A stretch of DNA of 64,000 bases from Azolla caroliniana (GCA_043228905.1 JBHGNT010000001.1:11656001-11720000), one strand, 5' to 3'. Positions 48,901-63,573 are shown, numbered from the stretch's first letter. Program-made: numbers and translations. The notes: generated by a model not told the origin, from the letters alone.

Positions 48901-51900
48901 CATATTGTTGAGAGTCACATTTGAAAGGACCACATTGATCCCCAAAAAATGCGTCTACAGGCAGATTCTCTTGAGGCTATGCAACTTGAGAACACTCGGG
49001 TGCCAATGTACTTATGCACAGCCCCAAGAACTGTGCCCCCAAACTATGGTGATTCAATACGCCAGTCACACCCTTCTTCTTGTGTGGACTGAGCCTGCAC
49101 AAGTCAGAAGATTGGAAAAATATGGGAAAACGACTACTTACAATCATTTCCACATGATGAGAAAAACTTCCATACCACTCAACATAGTTAAAAGCTCAGA
49201 TGGAAACACCAAGGAGCTTGCCAAAATCATGATTGTTGGGGCTGCTACTCAGTCTAGGCATCACTATCCATAACTGGCTCTTGCCTCATCTATATGGCTA
49301 GCAGAGAGGTGAAACAAATTAATCATAGATCAGAGAAACATGGGAAGTTCACTGTCTTTGATGATTATCTGATTGATAAGGAGAACCATCTTAGTAGCCT
49401 ATGAAAGAACCGAGTTGGGAACCATCCCAATAGTCATCAAGGAAACATGTAATTAGTGGGTTTCTTCATCTACAGATATCATTGTCCATAATTGGATATT
49501 GCCTCATCTACACAACTACCTGAGGATGGAGAAACAATTTCAATTCTAGTGATGTGGCACAAAACTTGATTAGTGTTCGTTATTCATGATTAAAGGAATT
49601 CGTCTTGGTTATGTCTCACATACCAGTATGATCTTTTAGCGTCGTTATATTTTCTCCGTTTCTTTCTTAATTATAAAACAGATCATAAGTTTTATGATGG
49701 GCAATGAGACTTAATCTTAGATTACATTTGCTGCTGGACTTGTCATAAAATGATATATGCTAACATCAACTGCTAAAATGTAGTAAATACCTTAACAAAT
49801 CGATGGATGGGCAATATAACCAATCAATAGATATATAAATAGGTTTTATTTTCTTTATTCAAGGTCGGTCATGACCTATTGTACCAATGTAAAACATCAT
49901 TATGTAGTTTGTGTGGAATTAGAGGCTTACACAAAGTATATGATATCACGCATGCAGATTTGAGATGAGTGATTTGTGACATAGGTTTACATATCTGCAG
50001 GAAACAAAAATTGAAGATGGCAGATGTATTTAAAGAAAGGCAACTGCGTAAGGTGGGGTCTTTTGGATCATGAAGCTAACATTAGTAGACTGAAAATATA
50101 GAAGGTCGTTTTGTAATTATTTTGTATTACACCATTCTAAAGTAATTGATGTGTAGTTTTAATCATTAGATTACAATCTCCTGAATGGTATTATATGTAT
50201 ACATATGCAAATTTACATGGATTATTACTGTTTTATAAAAAATATGTAATGATGGACAAAATCAATTTGTATTGCTCAGTGTTAGTTTATCTGTAGCATT
50301 TCTTGTACGTAAATGCTGTACTTCATATCGAAGTACAATTTTCATCTGACATCCAGAGTTGTCACTTATGTTAGTTTAGGAAGAGTTGACGCCATGTGCA
50401 CATCATGTGTATGTGTAAGAAAATAATACATTTTCAAGGCTTTACTGAAGTCTCTGCATGAAATAAAAATAGGTGGCAAAACAACTGCTGCTATTTTGGT
50501 GGGAAGATATGAAATGGAAAAGAAGTACTTCCCATTTTATTGGTGTCATGCAATCTCAACGAAGGCGCAGTCTTCTCAAAACTGCGTTTTACTGCTGGAT
50601 GCATTTTACTTTTGACAGTTTGCTAATCACAAATGCTAAAAGTCAAAGTGAACTTCTTGATGCCAAGGTGATGTTTGTTGCAAGCTCAAATTTATTTATC
50701 TTTTCTAATGAAGAATTTGCTTCTCAATTTAATTTCCTATTCCAATGAAGGTAGTACATGAAAAACGTTTCTTACATTTTCTTACGAGGGATCATTGGTG
50801 CTATGTGAGACTGTGTCATTGTATACTGGTTTAACACTTAAATGATATAAGAGTCAAACGTGTACACCTTCAGAAGTGTTTTGTAATTGAATGAGTCACA
50901 CTCTTTTAGAGTATATGAATCAAAAGTGCTTCGTAATCCCATGTGAATCAGCAAGGACTGCCATGCAAGGCTAAATACTCCCATATAAAGGATGAGCAAT
51001 ATTAAGTGAGACAAGAGTTGTGTAGGTCAAGGGGTCAATGTTGGGTTTCCTCAGAATCATTTCCAAATTCCATGAGTGGCAACCTTTTAGAGTAGCTTCT
51101 TCCTTAGACCTCTCATGTGGGTATAGTTTCTTACATATATATGCTCTAAAGTAACAGTAATTAGGGTATTCTATTGACAAGGTCTTGTTACATTTACTTA
51201 TCATCTGAGAAGTTGGAGTAGCAATCCTTCTCTATCATGGCATATATGATACTACTGATGTTCTTATACCCATGTCAAAGTCCTTACTTATGCTATGAGT
51301 AACAACACATCTACATGTGATAATTATCTCTTCAGGAATGACAAAGCTCATTCATATTTGTTGTTATTACATCGACACCAAATACAATGGGCATATCACC
51401 TTTCTTTACGTCTTGTTTCTGAAACTGTCCTAAAGTGTATAGTTTGTATAAAGTGTAAGCCCAAAATGAGTACTAATGGTTCATTATGATCAGGATGCAT
51501 CGAAATGCATTGTCTTCTTACTCTTTTTCTAAGAGAGGGATTCACTGGTTTTGCAGGCACAATATGAAACACAAAAGAAACAAACAACAGCAGTTGATGT
51601 GGAAAACCTTCAACTTATTGATCGGTTGCATGCCATGTCATCTGAAATAGCGCATTTAAAAATTGCCATTTCTGAGAAGGGACGCCAAGAAGAGGATTTG
51701 CATCGGTCCCTTGAAGATACTGCGACTATTGAAAGCTCTATGAAGGCAGAGCTTGAGCAGCAACATATTCATATAGAAGAACTTGAAATGGAAACCATAA
51801 AATTGCAGGTATATTTCGTGGTTTGCTGTAGTAGTTTGATGTTTTATTTGTTTGTGAACTAAAATGGAGTGAATATTTCTGCAGAAGAAGCTTCAACTCC

Positions 51901-53978
51901 AAAATGTAGAGGATAGTGTTGGTGAGGCTCAACATGGTGCAGTCATAGGTCGCTTAGAAAACACCATCAAAGAGTTGCACACTCAAATTGAACAGAAATC
52001 AAATCAAATAGAATCCTATGCAAAGGTTATCTTTTGTTTTCTCCCTTGTTAATTGATTGACATAGATGAGATGGTCTTCCACTATGTGTACATTTTTGTC
52101 TACATTATATTTATAAATTATAATTAACTGTCAAAAGGCAACAGCAATGGTGTAGAAGTCAGAGTATTTTGAAGACAGAAACTACAATATATCTAGGTTG
52201 AGAATCTTTGATGTTTAGATGACGAAATTCTTTAATCACATCCTAATTGTATTTCTATTTAATTTTTTCCTGAGTTAATTTTATTTTGGTTTGTGTGTTC
52301 AAAGACAGACAACATTTTATGATGTAATCTCTTCTTTGGTCTTTTAGGCCATTTTGCCCTCTTAAAAGACATCAATATATCTTTCTTTCTCCCTTTAAAA
52401 CATGTAGTTTCTCTCATCAAATGGAAATGTGAAATAGAAAGTACATGTGATTAGTTGGAATAATCAAGCAATGCTTGTGTTGATAATTGCTTGCAGACAC
52501 TCAAAGATACAGCAGAGAAGCTAGAAGGAGCTTCCGACGAATCACAAGAACAACTTAGCAATGCATTCGAGATTGCTGCATCATTAAGAAAAATCCTTGA
52601 CGATCGTGAAAGTCAATTTGCTACCGTTGAAGGAAACCTTCGAGTATGATTTCTCAAGTATTTATGAACCTTTATCTAGTTTTATGAGAATCATTCTTCA
52701 TACATACCTTTTTTATTATCAGAGGAGAGAGCTAGAACTTGGGGAAATGCAACGGAAACTAGATCTTGCCAACAATGCATTTTCAGAAACTATAGAGACA
52801 CGCAATGCCAGAATACGGGAACTGGAAAGCAGAATTTCTCAAAAGCAGAATGAAGTAAGTTAATCTTATTTCCTTTTTATCATTTTTTCAGGAATAATGT
52901 TCTTCATTCAACTATACAGGCACGAGATGCACACCGAGAAATGCAAGATTTGCGGATAGCATTTGATGCCAAAGAATCTCTTGTAAGACGTCTGGAATAC
53001 GATACAAAGCTGAAGTCAGGTATGCATTATGATAAAAAGATTTGATATCATGTTGACTTATATTCTATTCTAAACTGACCATTGGTTTATTGCAGACAGG
53101 GATTCATCAAGGACAAAGACTTTTGTCTCCAGTTTGAGTTCATGGTCATCATCTGCTAGCCAACTTGATGCCATGTCAGGATTTAGGAGTAATGCACATT
53201 CCATACAGCTGGAATCAATGAAGCATGTATACATGCAGACAAAAGCTGCATTAAATGAAGGGAGAAGCCCGGAGCACTGCCTTTCAGGTTACAGATTATC
53301 AGCATTCAAAGTACAGTCTAAGACACCTTATGATCGGTGGAAAGTTCATGGATTATCATCACAAGACGACACAAAGTATAACTGTCTTTCTCCATACAAT
53401 TCTGGTAAGGATCCTGCTCAACCAAAGTGTTTAACAGATTATGGTAAAGGCCCAGAAGATGTTGCCTGTGAACATACCGACAATGAAGGAGAGAATGGAA
53501 GTGCTATGAATCCCCGAACTCAAGATTCATTTCCCCATCTAGGGCATCATCAACTTCTAGGCTCTGGATATTCTCATGATGAAAGCAGCAATATGAACAT
53601 CACTGAACGGACTGCCTTTCCAATTGTAAGACCCATGTTGAAGGAAAGAAACAGTTCTGGTGCCTCATCACCCTCTATGACAAACCTGAAAACCCAGGAT
53701 GTTTCAAGGTCATGTAATGATGCTAAGCAATCAAAACCAGAACTTAGCGAGTCAGCTAATATCAAGATATTCCTAGAGCCGGTTGACAGCTTGCATGTAG
53801 AAATACAGCAATTGCAAGCTCGAATATTGAACCGCATTAAGGCCTCTTCAAACCTAAAAGTGATTACAAATATCTCTTTCATGTCATTATAAATCTGTTT
53901 CAGCAGGTGATCCTCCAGTTGAAAAATTCTAATGTGATGTTTGAATTATTTGCTTGATACCAGGATAGGGAAAGCTGA
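42905..53978 (+). CDS. Large coiled-coil protein with Trp-containing SFI1-like (centrin-binding) repeats, ~1214 aa, 17 coding exons
   Basis: GT-AG exons: 42905-43296, 43419-43535, 43739-43901, 45028-45159, 45864-46163, 46274-46698, 46779-46965, 47122-47252, 50001-50052, 50473-50667, 51557-51808, 51885-52025, 52497-52643, 52723-52854, 52920-53019, 53096-53859, 53964-53978. Total 3645 nt with consistent phases. The F/L-x-x-W motif recurs at ~33-aa spacing. The gene model is firmer than the family call. Confidence 0.8.
44044..44705. mobile_element. hAT-type MITE in intron 3
   Basis: 12-bp perfect TIR CATAGATTGACA / TGTCAATCTATG, 8-bp TSD GACACAAT (44036-44043, 44706-44713), subterminal ATTCGT repeats, AT-rich interior. 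Confidence 0.93.
47343..48052. repeat. ~357-bp tandem duplication within an intron
   Basis: TACATTA(A/G)AATATTATGTTTT...AACATGGAAATAAA starts at 47343 and again at 47700. Confidence 0.9.
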
Positions 53979-56900
53979 AGTGGAGATTTATAACTTCCTC
54001 AAACAGGTAATAATGCATTAATGAAAATCTTCTTTGAATTTTGTGTTAAAGGTAGTCATTTTGCTGCTTGAGCCAGATGGTATTATATAGCTGAAGGTGG
54101 TTTCCATTTTTCATGTATGATTGACAGCACCATGTATCTCTATCTCTAAGTGTGAGTGTGATGCAATTGAGTGTGGGTGGTTTCCATTGTTCATGTCCAG
54201 GCTGAAAGTGTGGGTGTGATGCAATTGAAGATCCCCACACATCAGTTCCAGGATGAACAAGTATCTCTGCCTTAGTTCCAGATTATTCCTTCTCTTTGAT
54301 ACTCTTGTGTTATCCCCTTTTCTTAGGTAGTAGTGCTCCACACTACTTAATAGAAGGTGACTTGTAATCCTTAATATTTAGGGGGAAATCAGCTTGTCGT
54401 TAAATCAGCTGCATTATTCTTGGTGTTGAGTTATCATGTGAGGTCAAAAAATCATGTGTATCAAGTATTCAGTCACATTATTGGAAGTTGAACTTTGGTT
54501 ACACGACAATCCATAATCAATGTCGACAGCAAGATATATGAAATCCACATCACTATGTTCAAATGCTGCTTTCCTGCATCGTCAACGTTCTTTGCTTAAT
54601 TATTAGAACGAATAATGGATCTGGCAATACCAATTTGCCGTGCTGGCCATCTTCTTTGATTCTAAACCCCAAAACATAAACCCACCTTTGGAGTAGTCAA
54701 GGAAGACGCATTCTTTTGACTTAGCCTCTTTGTTCACTCATCGCATGATATATGCTTTTAGGGTGGTCAACTGGCCTTCCTGTCCAAACCTGCTTGGGAA
54801 CCTTAAAATTGATGGCCGAGCATGGGAACTGATAAATCAAATGGGCGGCTGTGCTCACTGCCTTCATCTAGATCCTGTATTGAGCCTCTACAGTGAGCTG
54901 TTTACAGAAAGATTATTTTAGTCTCTGAGCGATTCCATTCTGTTGTAGAGTCCTCCGCAAGCAAATTCTAGAAAGGTATTTTATTTAAACTTCATCTTTC
55001 TGCCCGTCTGATTTTTAATGGGACACCTCAGATATTTGTAGAGTAATCATTGATAAAACTAAATGAATAGGAGGAGCATTCAATTGTTGCGAATTGGCCA
55101 CATCCTTGGGAGGGAGACTATTGTTTCCAGCAGGAAGATTACAAGTGACGTACGAGAAAACTCTCAATTCACGGTCAACCTTAGTTCTCTAATCTTTCTG
55201 TTTCTATGCGCTCTCAGACTCGGCTATTTGTTAAGCACATCACAAACACTCAAGATAACTTATTCCTTAATCTTTTTCTCTTGTTCTTAGTGTTGACTTG
55301 AAAAGGAATGCCTACTTATAGGCCTTAGAAACATAATATGCATGAGATATCTCTTTAACATGCGTAAGATAAGCCAAACTGCCTTATATCCGTTAGCCTG
55401 CAGTGGTTTACTCCATATAAAAAGACCCTTGGTTAATTGAAAACATATTAGGAGCATCAACTAACAGGTGTCTACACTACTGTAGTGTACATGATGATTA
55501 GGACGACCAATGCATCAAACTGCCACCTTTAGTAGTACATGAGGATTGGGATGACTAGAAGAGATGCTTCCTATACATTACATCGAACATGCTATATATT
55601 GCGATCTATGCAAGTGAGTGTATCAAGGGGTGGATTGGGGTTTATCTGGTAGAACCTTCATGCTCAAAATAATATACACATGGGCAAGCTTCTGCGTAGT
55701 TATGTATTGTAGTTATGTATTGTTAGTCGAGCTGGGATTAGGGGCTTCTATCTATTGACTGTTGTAGGTTGAACTTAGAACGTCAGGTTAGGACCTGGAA
55801 TTGGTTTGTCCAGCACTTACAATAGTAAATATGGGTTATAGGGATACGAGATACCTGTGGTAGGTACTAGTTTTAATTTGCTGTTTGTAAAGTGTTTAGT
55901 GTTGTCTCCTCTAATTGGTTCTTTTGGAATTATGAGAAGAAACTAATATGGTCTTTTGGTTAATATGGCAGGTAAGCTATGAAGAGCAGAGCTGAAGACC
56001 TCATATATCAAAGGAACCAGATAGTGAAGTTTTTGATCTTACCCAAGCTATTCCCTCTTTTCAACCCATTTTGTACTCGAATTTGAAGTTGATATGATGC
56101 CTGATGTCGAGGTTCTTGTAACATTTTCCTTTTGTATAGTAACATTGCCTTGTTGACATAGAGGATAGTTTATTGACATGGATTATTCACATCTAATCCA
56201 TAGGATTTACTGGTTGTAAGATATCACATTCTGATCAAGGTTTGTACCCATATTGATTTATGGGGTTGTCCTCGTGACATGGATTATTTTATTTATATAT
56301 AGACATGCCGTGATCAACTCCATAAATTGGATACTTGTAAAAACAGCACCTTCTGGGTAACAAGGTTATACTTCAAAAGTTGAGATACTTTGCCCCGTCT
56401 ATGTGGTCTCCCAGTATATGAAAGCAACCATGAAATGAAAATTAGCTTAATGCTAAATATACTGATCATCAGATAACAGAGATGATTTGTTATTGTATCT
56501 TCTTAGATGTGCAAGGAATATGTGGTAATAGTTTCCACAACCCCGAAGATGCTCATTCTCTTAAGGTGAGATGAGTAAAGTGAAATATTGCATGTAGGTT
56601 CTTGTTGTAACAAATTTATGGAGCTATTACCATCAGATACAGTCAAAGCTATCGTGCTTGTAATTGTGATGAATAATATGAACTCTTGAATTTTGATTTC
56701 CAGTCTCAGAATCCAAACCTATCAAGAAGGATATTTGAAAGGTTCAAAGTTGTCTTTTATGCAATTCAACAGCAAGTAAATAGTGATGATGATGTTTGGT
56801 CATAGCATGGAAGTAATCAAGTCATCGTGCCTTTGTATGGATGTAGTTAATTCATAGATTTATATCATGAGTTTGATTGTAGCATTACATTTGCAGCATA

Positions 56901-57019
56901 GAGCTTTAATTGGACACATTATGCTAGTTTCTTCACGTGATATTCTTACATGTTTAGTTCAAAAGTCTTTTTATTAACCTAGCTTTGTTTGAGTTCTCGT
57001 GGAAATTAATATTTGTTTA

Positions 57020-57475
57020 TACCACTTTTACGTACAAGGGAGAACCAATACAGGTGGTGCAAAAGTATTTTGGTATTAATATCGCATTGACAAATAGGTG
57101 GAATGTATGTCATGGGTCTAGACTCCAAGCATGTTGGAATAGTTATTATATGTTTGAGAATCGATACAACCAAAGTCATACTAGCGGGTGGGAAGTGATT
57201 GATGCTACTCAATGCTATGGTGGTCCAACTATTGCTCTATGGAGTGGAAGTTTGGGGTGGCACTATCTTACTAAGTGCAAGGAAGAGAATAGAGAAAATC
57301 CAGAAAGTGTTCTTATGTAGGCAATTGGGGTTTAAATCCTCAACATCTTATTTTATCATGCTAGTAGAAATATGTGCTTGACCAAGTGCTAACCATGCAA
57401 AAAAGTATACAAGTATATCACAAAAGTCAAGAATATACATGATCATAGATTGCCCAAGCAAGCTTGGAACATGAG
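57020..57475 (+). mobile_element. Decayed 3' fragment of an RTE-like LINE
   Basis: FTYKGEPIQVVQKYFGI, LLLYGVEVWG, IEKIQKVFL, DHRLPKQAW; frameshifted. Confidence 0.7.
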
Positions 57476-58965
57476 ATTTTATTTTATTCTACTCTACTCT
57501 CTCTTGCTTATTTCAAAGGTAAAGGGGAATTTATTGTCTTATGTGACATGAATGTATGCACAATAAGTTTGTAACATGATGAACAACAATCTTTAATGCC
57601 ATATATCTCAAGGATACAAGAGGATATACAAATGTGTAGTTGCTTTTTTATTGATGAAAAAGATCTAGATCAAATCGAGAAGTTATTCCTATAAATGTGC
57701 AATAGTACGGAAACTTATTGCTAACGAGGCACCATCTCCCTATGAATGTAAGGGAAGAAGGCTCATTTTGGGCTCTCTTGGCTGATTTTGTTCTTCTTCG
57801 ACTTTGGGCTTCGAGGGTTTTCTTTTCTTCTTCACATCTTCTTTGTTTAGTTTTTCGACATTTTGGAGGAGGAGCTCCCCATTCCCGACGTTTGGTTTTC
57901 AACATTTGGAGCTCGATCTCTTATTTTTCTAACATGAAGGGATTTCTTCTTCTCAATCTCCTCTTCTACTTAGGTGGTCGTCGTGATCTCCAACATCACC
58001 AAGCTTGTTACATGTGGCGGCATAAAAAAGGGGAGTTTGGCTAGTGTGCATACCGGTTGTTTGAAGGGAGAATGGATTGGCCGAGAACACTACTCTGAAC
58101 CAAGGCATCATAGTGATTGGAAATAGTCGTGGCCGGTTCCCCACTTGACTCACCATTGGAAATGCCACCATCGTAAGCTTCAACCCTCCCCTACCTCAGA
58201 TTTCCATTCTATGCTAGTGGTTAACTCTTAATTACCATTGTTCTAATCATTCACCTTGGACATTGGTATATACCATATAGCGTACTTTATAAAGGGGTTT
58301 TGCGTAATCTAGCGTTTTGGCCTAAAAAGAGGCTTCTTTTGGTCTCAATATTGCGTAAACACTTCATAATATCGTGTTCGTTATATTAGTTACATGTTTT
58401 GACCCTAACATTGCCCGTTAATTGTTAAACACATAATTGTTGTTTCTACGTAGTCCTAGGGCGTTCAAGTCCTTTGAAGTGTCGACTCATTGGGGCCTTC
58501 AACTTGTGGGAGCTTTTGACTTAGAGTTCGGAATCGAGATCTAAAAATTCCATCCCAATGTTATTCATCCGCACGCTATTCTTCACAATATCTAGATGGG
58601 AGATTTTGTGGAGCTTTGAGAGGAAATTCTCAAGTTTTGGTGTCTCATTTTATCTCCCTCTTATCTTACTGGTGCCCTATCCTTCAAACTTTTATATATA
58701 CAACATACTTAGTTTGACTTATTTCCACATGTACGCTTCCCACATCATGACATGGCTAAAACAAAGATTATCCTTGTGAACAACCCAAAAAAAGATAACC
58801 CATGCATTATGTACATATAATGAGCCACTAAAATGTGTAGAATGCTTCAAATACCTTGGCATTTTGGTCTTATTATGGAGACATTTTGGTTGTAATCTCG
58901 TGTACTTTCCATTGAAAAAGTGTATTAAGCCTAATCTAATTTGTTAATCACTCCCAAACCTTTGT

Positions 58966-58985
58966 TTGTGTGTGTGTGTGTGTGT

Positions 58986-59026
<41 letters not shown>

Positions 59027-59172
59027 CTACAAGGTCACATATAATCATATTCGCCATTTGAATTGGTGTGTAGGGTGGCATTGAGTTTGATGTCATAGTT
59101 TTCTTTAGATCCCTAGATAGAAGGGGTTCTATAGTCATGGTGGTGTTTTTTCTTTAGTAATGAAAGCCATTA

Positions 59173-59202
<30 letters not shown>
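58966..59202. repeat. (TG)n(AG)n and (AG)n microsatellites upstream of the DUF155 gene
   Basis: Visible dinucleotide runs at about 58966-59022 and 59178-59202. Confidence 0.9.
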
Positions 59203-59203
<1 letters not shown>

Positions 59204-59880
59204 AGGGAAGTCACAAAGGCTCAAGTTTTGCCTCCCTGGAACGTTCACCTCCTTGGAACGCTCTCCTCCTCAAGCATTTGCCTCATTTGAATGTTCACCT
59301 CGTTGGAGCCTTGTCTTCACCTTGACTCGATCGTTGAGCAATAATCATATAAAAGGGGATTCACAGAAGGAGATCTCCACGGTGGTTGGAAGAATCTTCT
59401 CACAAGACATCACGGTTCAGGTTCTCATGGTCCTGCTCGAGTAGCAACATGCATGCACGTTTACGCAAACAACAGTAGAGGTCATGAGCAAATAAATAAG
59501 ATGGATACGTAGTAGATGGATGATGGGAGCATGTTGTGCAAGGGCCAAATGAAGCGGAAGCTCTCGCTATACATATAATATATGTACATACAGAAAAGAT
59601 GAAGCGCAGAGAAGATGTGAAATGGGGTAGTAGCGTGAGATTTTGAACCCACGAAAGGACCCCCCCCCCCCGCCCCCCTTAGGGATATGTATGTATATGG
59701 CTCTTTTTCGGAAGAGAGAGAGAGTGTGTGTGTTTTAATAACAATGATGAGAGAATAGAATAGAATGGTATGTATATGGGCGTCTGAACACAATCAATAT
59801 GTACATAAGAGAAGAGAAGGGAAGAGAAGAGAAGAGAAGAGAAGCGAAGAGCGATAGACAGACGTGCTTTGTTTCTTCTG

Positions 59881-59955
59881 ATGGTGGTGCTGAGGAGGCT
59901 TTCTTCTTCTTCTTCTCCTCCTCCTCCGCATTTTCTCAGAGTAATTCGTTGCTTC

Positions 59956-59986
<31 letters not shown>

Positions 59987-62900
59987 CTCCTCTCTATTCC
60001 TCCTCCCCCTCAGCAACAACAACGACAGAAACAAGACGCGACCTGGACCATGCTGTTGATAGTAATGACGCATCATCAGATTTACAGAAGCAGCTTCTCC
60101 TTCATGAGGCTAACACCACTAGATTAAGTCATGTGTCTGATCAACAGAAGAAAAAGAAGCTTCTTCGTGATGCGACAAGATCAATCCATAGTGATCATGC
60201 TTGTGTTCCTTCATCTTCGTCTGCTTTTGCTTCCGCTTCTGCCTCATCCCCGAAGGGCATGGAACCACGTTTCCAAAACTTCAACAAAGCAGCCATGGCT
60301 GAAGAGAGCCCTCCCAGGCATAACAGAATGCAGCTGAGGCTCTCTCACCTTCAGAAAGGAGATCAGTGCATTCCAATGAAAGCATTTTACCTTTCCAGAA
60401 GGTACTTATCTCTCATTTTGCCCTTTTTATGGACATTGAAGTGGTTTTTGGCCCAGGTCTTGGTATCAGCCTCTTTTATAATAATGGGAAAGAAACATGA
60501 ATAGATTCATCGCACAATACTTGATCAGGAGTGGAAGATGTCATGTCTATATTACACCCTTCAAAGAAACTTTGTGCCATAACCCTACTGTGTAGAAGGT
60601 CTCGAGAAGATCTCTCTGTCTCTTTTTGATTGTCATTTCAAATTTTTTAGAAGCTCTATCACTCTTTCAATCGTTGTTAGTTTAAAAATATTTAAAAGCA
60701 TTTGGAGCACATCAGCAAGGGAATGTGAGACACACTTTTGGACCATATAGCAAAGGACAAGCTTTTAGAACATGAAATCAATGGAGAAGGATTGGAGGAT
60801 ATAGTCAAGGTCAAAGCTTTTGGAACATAAAAACAAGGGAGAAGCTTTTGAATCATATTATCAAAGGAAAAATCATATAGACTTTGGAGCATATACCAAA
60901 AGAGAATCTTTTAGAGAATATATTCCAGCTAGAAGCTTTTTTGGAGCATATAGTCTAAGTAGAAGCCTTTGGATCATATAATCACAAAGTAGAAAATTTT
61001 GGATCATATGAAAGATTTTGAAGCCTATGGGTATGGTAAGCACTCTGGATCATGAAATCAGAATAGGAGGTTTTGGGGCATACAATCAAGGTTGTAGGGT
61101 TTTGAACAATAGGGAAGCTTCTAGGAGCATAAAATTAAGTCTTGCGTCTATTTCTTATTAAAAAAATAGACCATGTCAGTATATACCTGGGAATGCAAAT
61201 ATGCAACTTTGTTTTAGCTCTACTGTGCTGTCACCAAAACATTTGGAGCATGTGATTGAAGGAAGAGCATGATCAGTTGATTCAATGTGGAGATAGAGAT
61301 AGGAGAGAAAACTGCAAGAGCACAAAATAACATTTCCTCTATGTACCTTTAGTATAGTATTCGAAAAATTAAAAATAATATATCTTAGTATTGCAATAGC
61401 TACAGTCAATGGTCATGATGCAGTATCTGCTATATACCATTGATCAACCGATAAGTGCAATCTTGGTTCCTTGTTTCATTGATTGTTTATGTGTGGGCTT
61501 AATGGGCTTCACAACAAGCATTAACTTTATCAAGGAAAAATTCAGATGAAAGAATGTACTTCTAGGATATTTTTCTTCTCATGATAGGGCATTACATAGC
61601 TCTAAGATCACTTTAGTCATGATGTGGTATCTAGGTTTGACAATTCAGCAGGAGATGGATACAACTTAGTCTTGTCGTTTCACAGACCAAGTTGAATGTG
61701 GAGATGTAAAACATTAGCTTTATCAACGTTAAATATAAGAAGAGGTTTTGACTTGGTGTGTATTGCATCCTACAATAATGGCATTAAATAGTTCTAAATC
61801 ATTGCATCAATTAATTTCTGGTCCATCTTTCGTCGTTATACGGCTTGTTGGTGAACAGTTTAATGATCCTATTAATGAGTGCTTTTGCCAATGTGTCATA
61901 TTGTTTATCCCAGTCAGGAAGATAGCATTTGAATGTATTATTTTAATTTCTGAGTGACTTGGTTTTGCTCTGGATGCTAATCCATATTGACATGTATATA
62001 TGTCTCAGTGTTGATTTAAAAGCTCTGAAGGATGATGCACTTCTGGAAACTATTAACTATTCTCGAACTACTTTAGTTGCAAGATGCAAATTCTGCGCAA
62101 TTGGTCCTCCATATCATCAAGACAATCTTGTAAGGAACCTATACCGTGTTATATTTTTTGCTGAGCTCTCTGTTTATCTCTTGCATGATTATAGTCAAGT
62201 TTAGCATACAATACAATGCATGTGAAAAGTTTTGGATTAAGAAGAAAAATCTGTTTTCTACCCTATATGTTCAGATACAAGTGTAAGCAAAAACAATTGT
62301 ACTTTGTTGATAGAAGTTTAAGATTTTTTTAATGTTTTCTTTTGCTACCAATATGTGTATTTTAGCATTTTGAGTCCAATGGTTCCAATCTCCTTTTTTC
62401 CGCATCCAATGGCCGTCCTCTCATATGGAGCAAATCTCTTCACCATTAGTCACTTCACTTAATTTTCTACCGAATATTACATAGTTTCAAGGGATTAAAT
62501 TGGTGTCAACTAGACAAGGATTGATAAGTTGTTAACATCATCATAAAGGTTTATACCATTTGTTTTTGAAACTGGTTATCTTTTAAAGTGGCAGGTTGGA
62601 AGAACTTGGACAGCAGGCCCCTTTTTGGTTGTATTTCATTATGGAGGAGCTGTCTTGGTTAATTTTAGGTTACAAGATGATGAAGAACTTTATTTGAACC
62701 TTGTTAAGAAGCATTGTTTGGAATCATTGGATCACACTGAAGAATCTAGAAAAGACGGTATGTTGTGTGTCCCTGTAGAGAAATTTGTCCTTATTGCAAT
62801 TGTTGCTTCCAGAGAAGGGTCATAATATCACAATTCATGGATGTGTTTGTAAATAGAAATATAGAAAAGCTGAATTCTCACCTTATTGGCAATAGATGTA

Positions 62901-63573
62901 CTGACTGAAATAGTTACAAACTTGAAAGAGTTTAATAATTCTTTTGGATATCCAACCTGAGTCATGAGCCAAGTATCATGATTTCAATGCATGTAATAGT
63001 CAAAAGAACTCGTTCAGACTATTTATCTTACTTTGGCATGCAGTCACTCTTGTTGTATTTTGGCCATGAAGTTTATCGAACTCGAACAACCTTGACAATA
63101 CGTTTTGACTTCTTTTTTATGATTGAATGATGAGTATGAAATCTTCTAGCACTAGATTTCATTAAAACTCCACAAATATTGTACATTTGCAGATTACAAG
63201 ATAGTTGTGCGACCCAGTCTTGCAACATGGAGTCAAGCAGGTTACGATACCATTTTCCTTCAGAAATTGGACTTGGACAACATTAGAGTTGTGTGCAGTA
63301 TCCTAGCACAAAGTGTGTCATTAGAACATCATCTTAGAAAGGTGAAGTCAAATCTTCGCTATCGTATTGCACAAATTAGACTTGACAATAACATTAAAAG
63401 AAGGGTGTAACCATATTGCAGGCAGATGGTATGGTTAATATTTTCAGTAAGTTAAACAGTGGAATGGAGGAAACTGGTGACTTCACCATGTCTAGAAAGG
63501 AGCTTTTCCAGCTTGTTGCATCTGCCAACACGACACTTGCTGATCTTGTTCTCCGAGTGCGCCTTTTGGACAG
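59881..63573 (+). CDS. DUF155/RMND1-family protein (plant RETARDED ROOT GROWTH-like, probably mitochondrial); partial, continues beyond the window
   Basis: Exons 59881-60401, 62009-62129, 62595-62757, 63193-63341, 63422-63573 with consistent phases. Motifs PMKAFYLSRSVDLK, VVFHYGGAVLVNF, KDDY, IRVVCSILAQSVSLE, GMEETGDFTMSRKELFQLV. Arg/Ser-rich presequence. Confidence 0.9.

Noticed and set aside
48060-49600. Possible nested gene or TE relic in the long intron
   Set aside because: It looks like decayed repeat sequence, but I found no diagnostic motif, termini or TSD.
55050-58560. LTR-like or Gypsy-like relics near 55.1-55.6 kb and 57.5-58.5 kb
   Set aside because: No clear termini or protein motifs could be established by eye.
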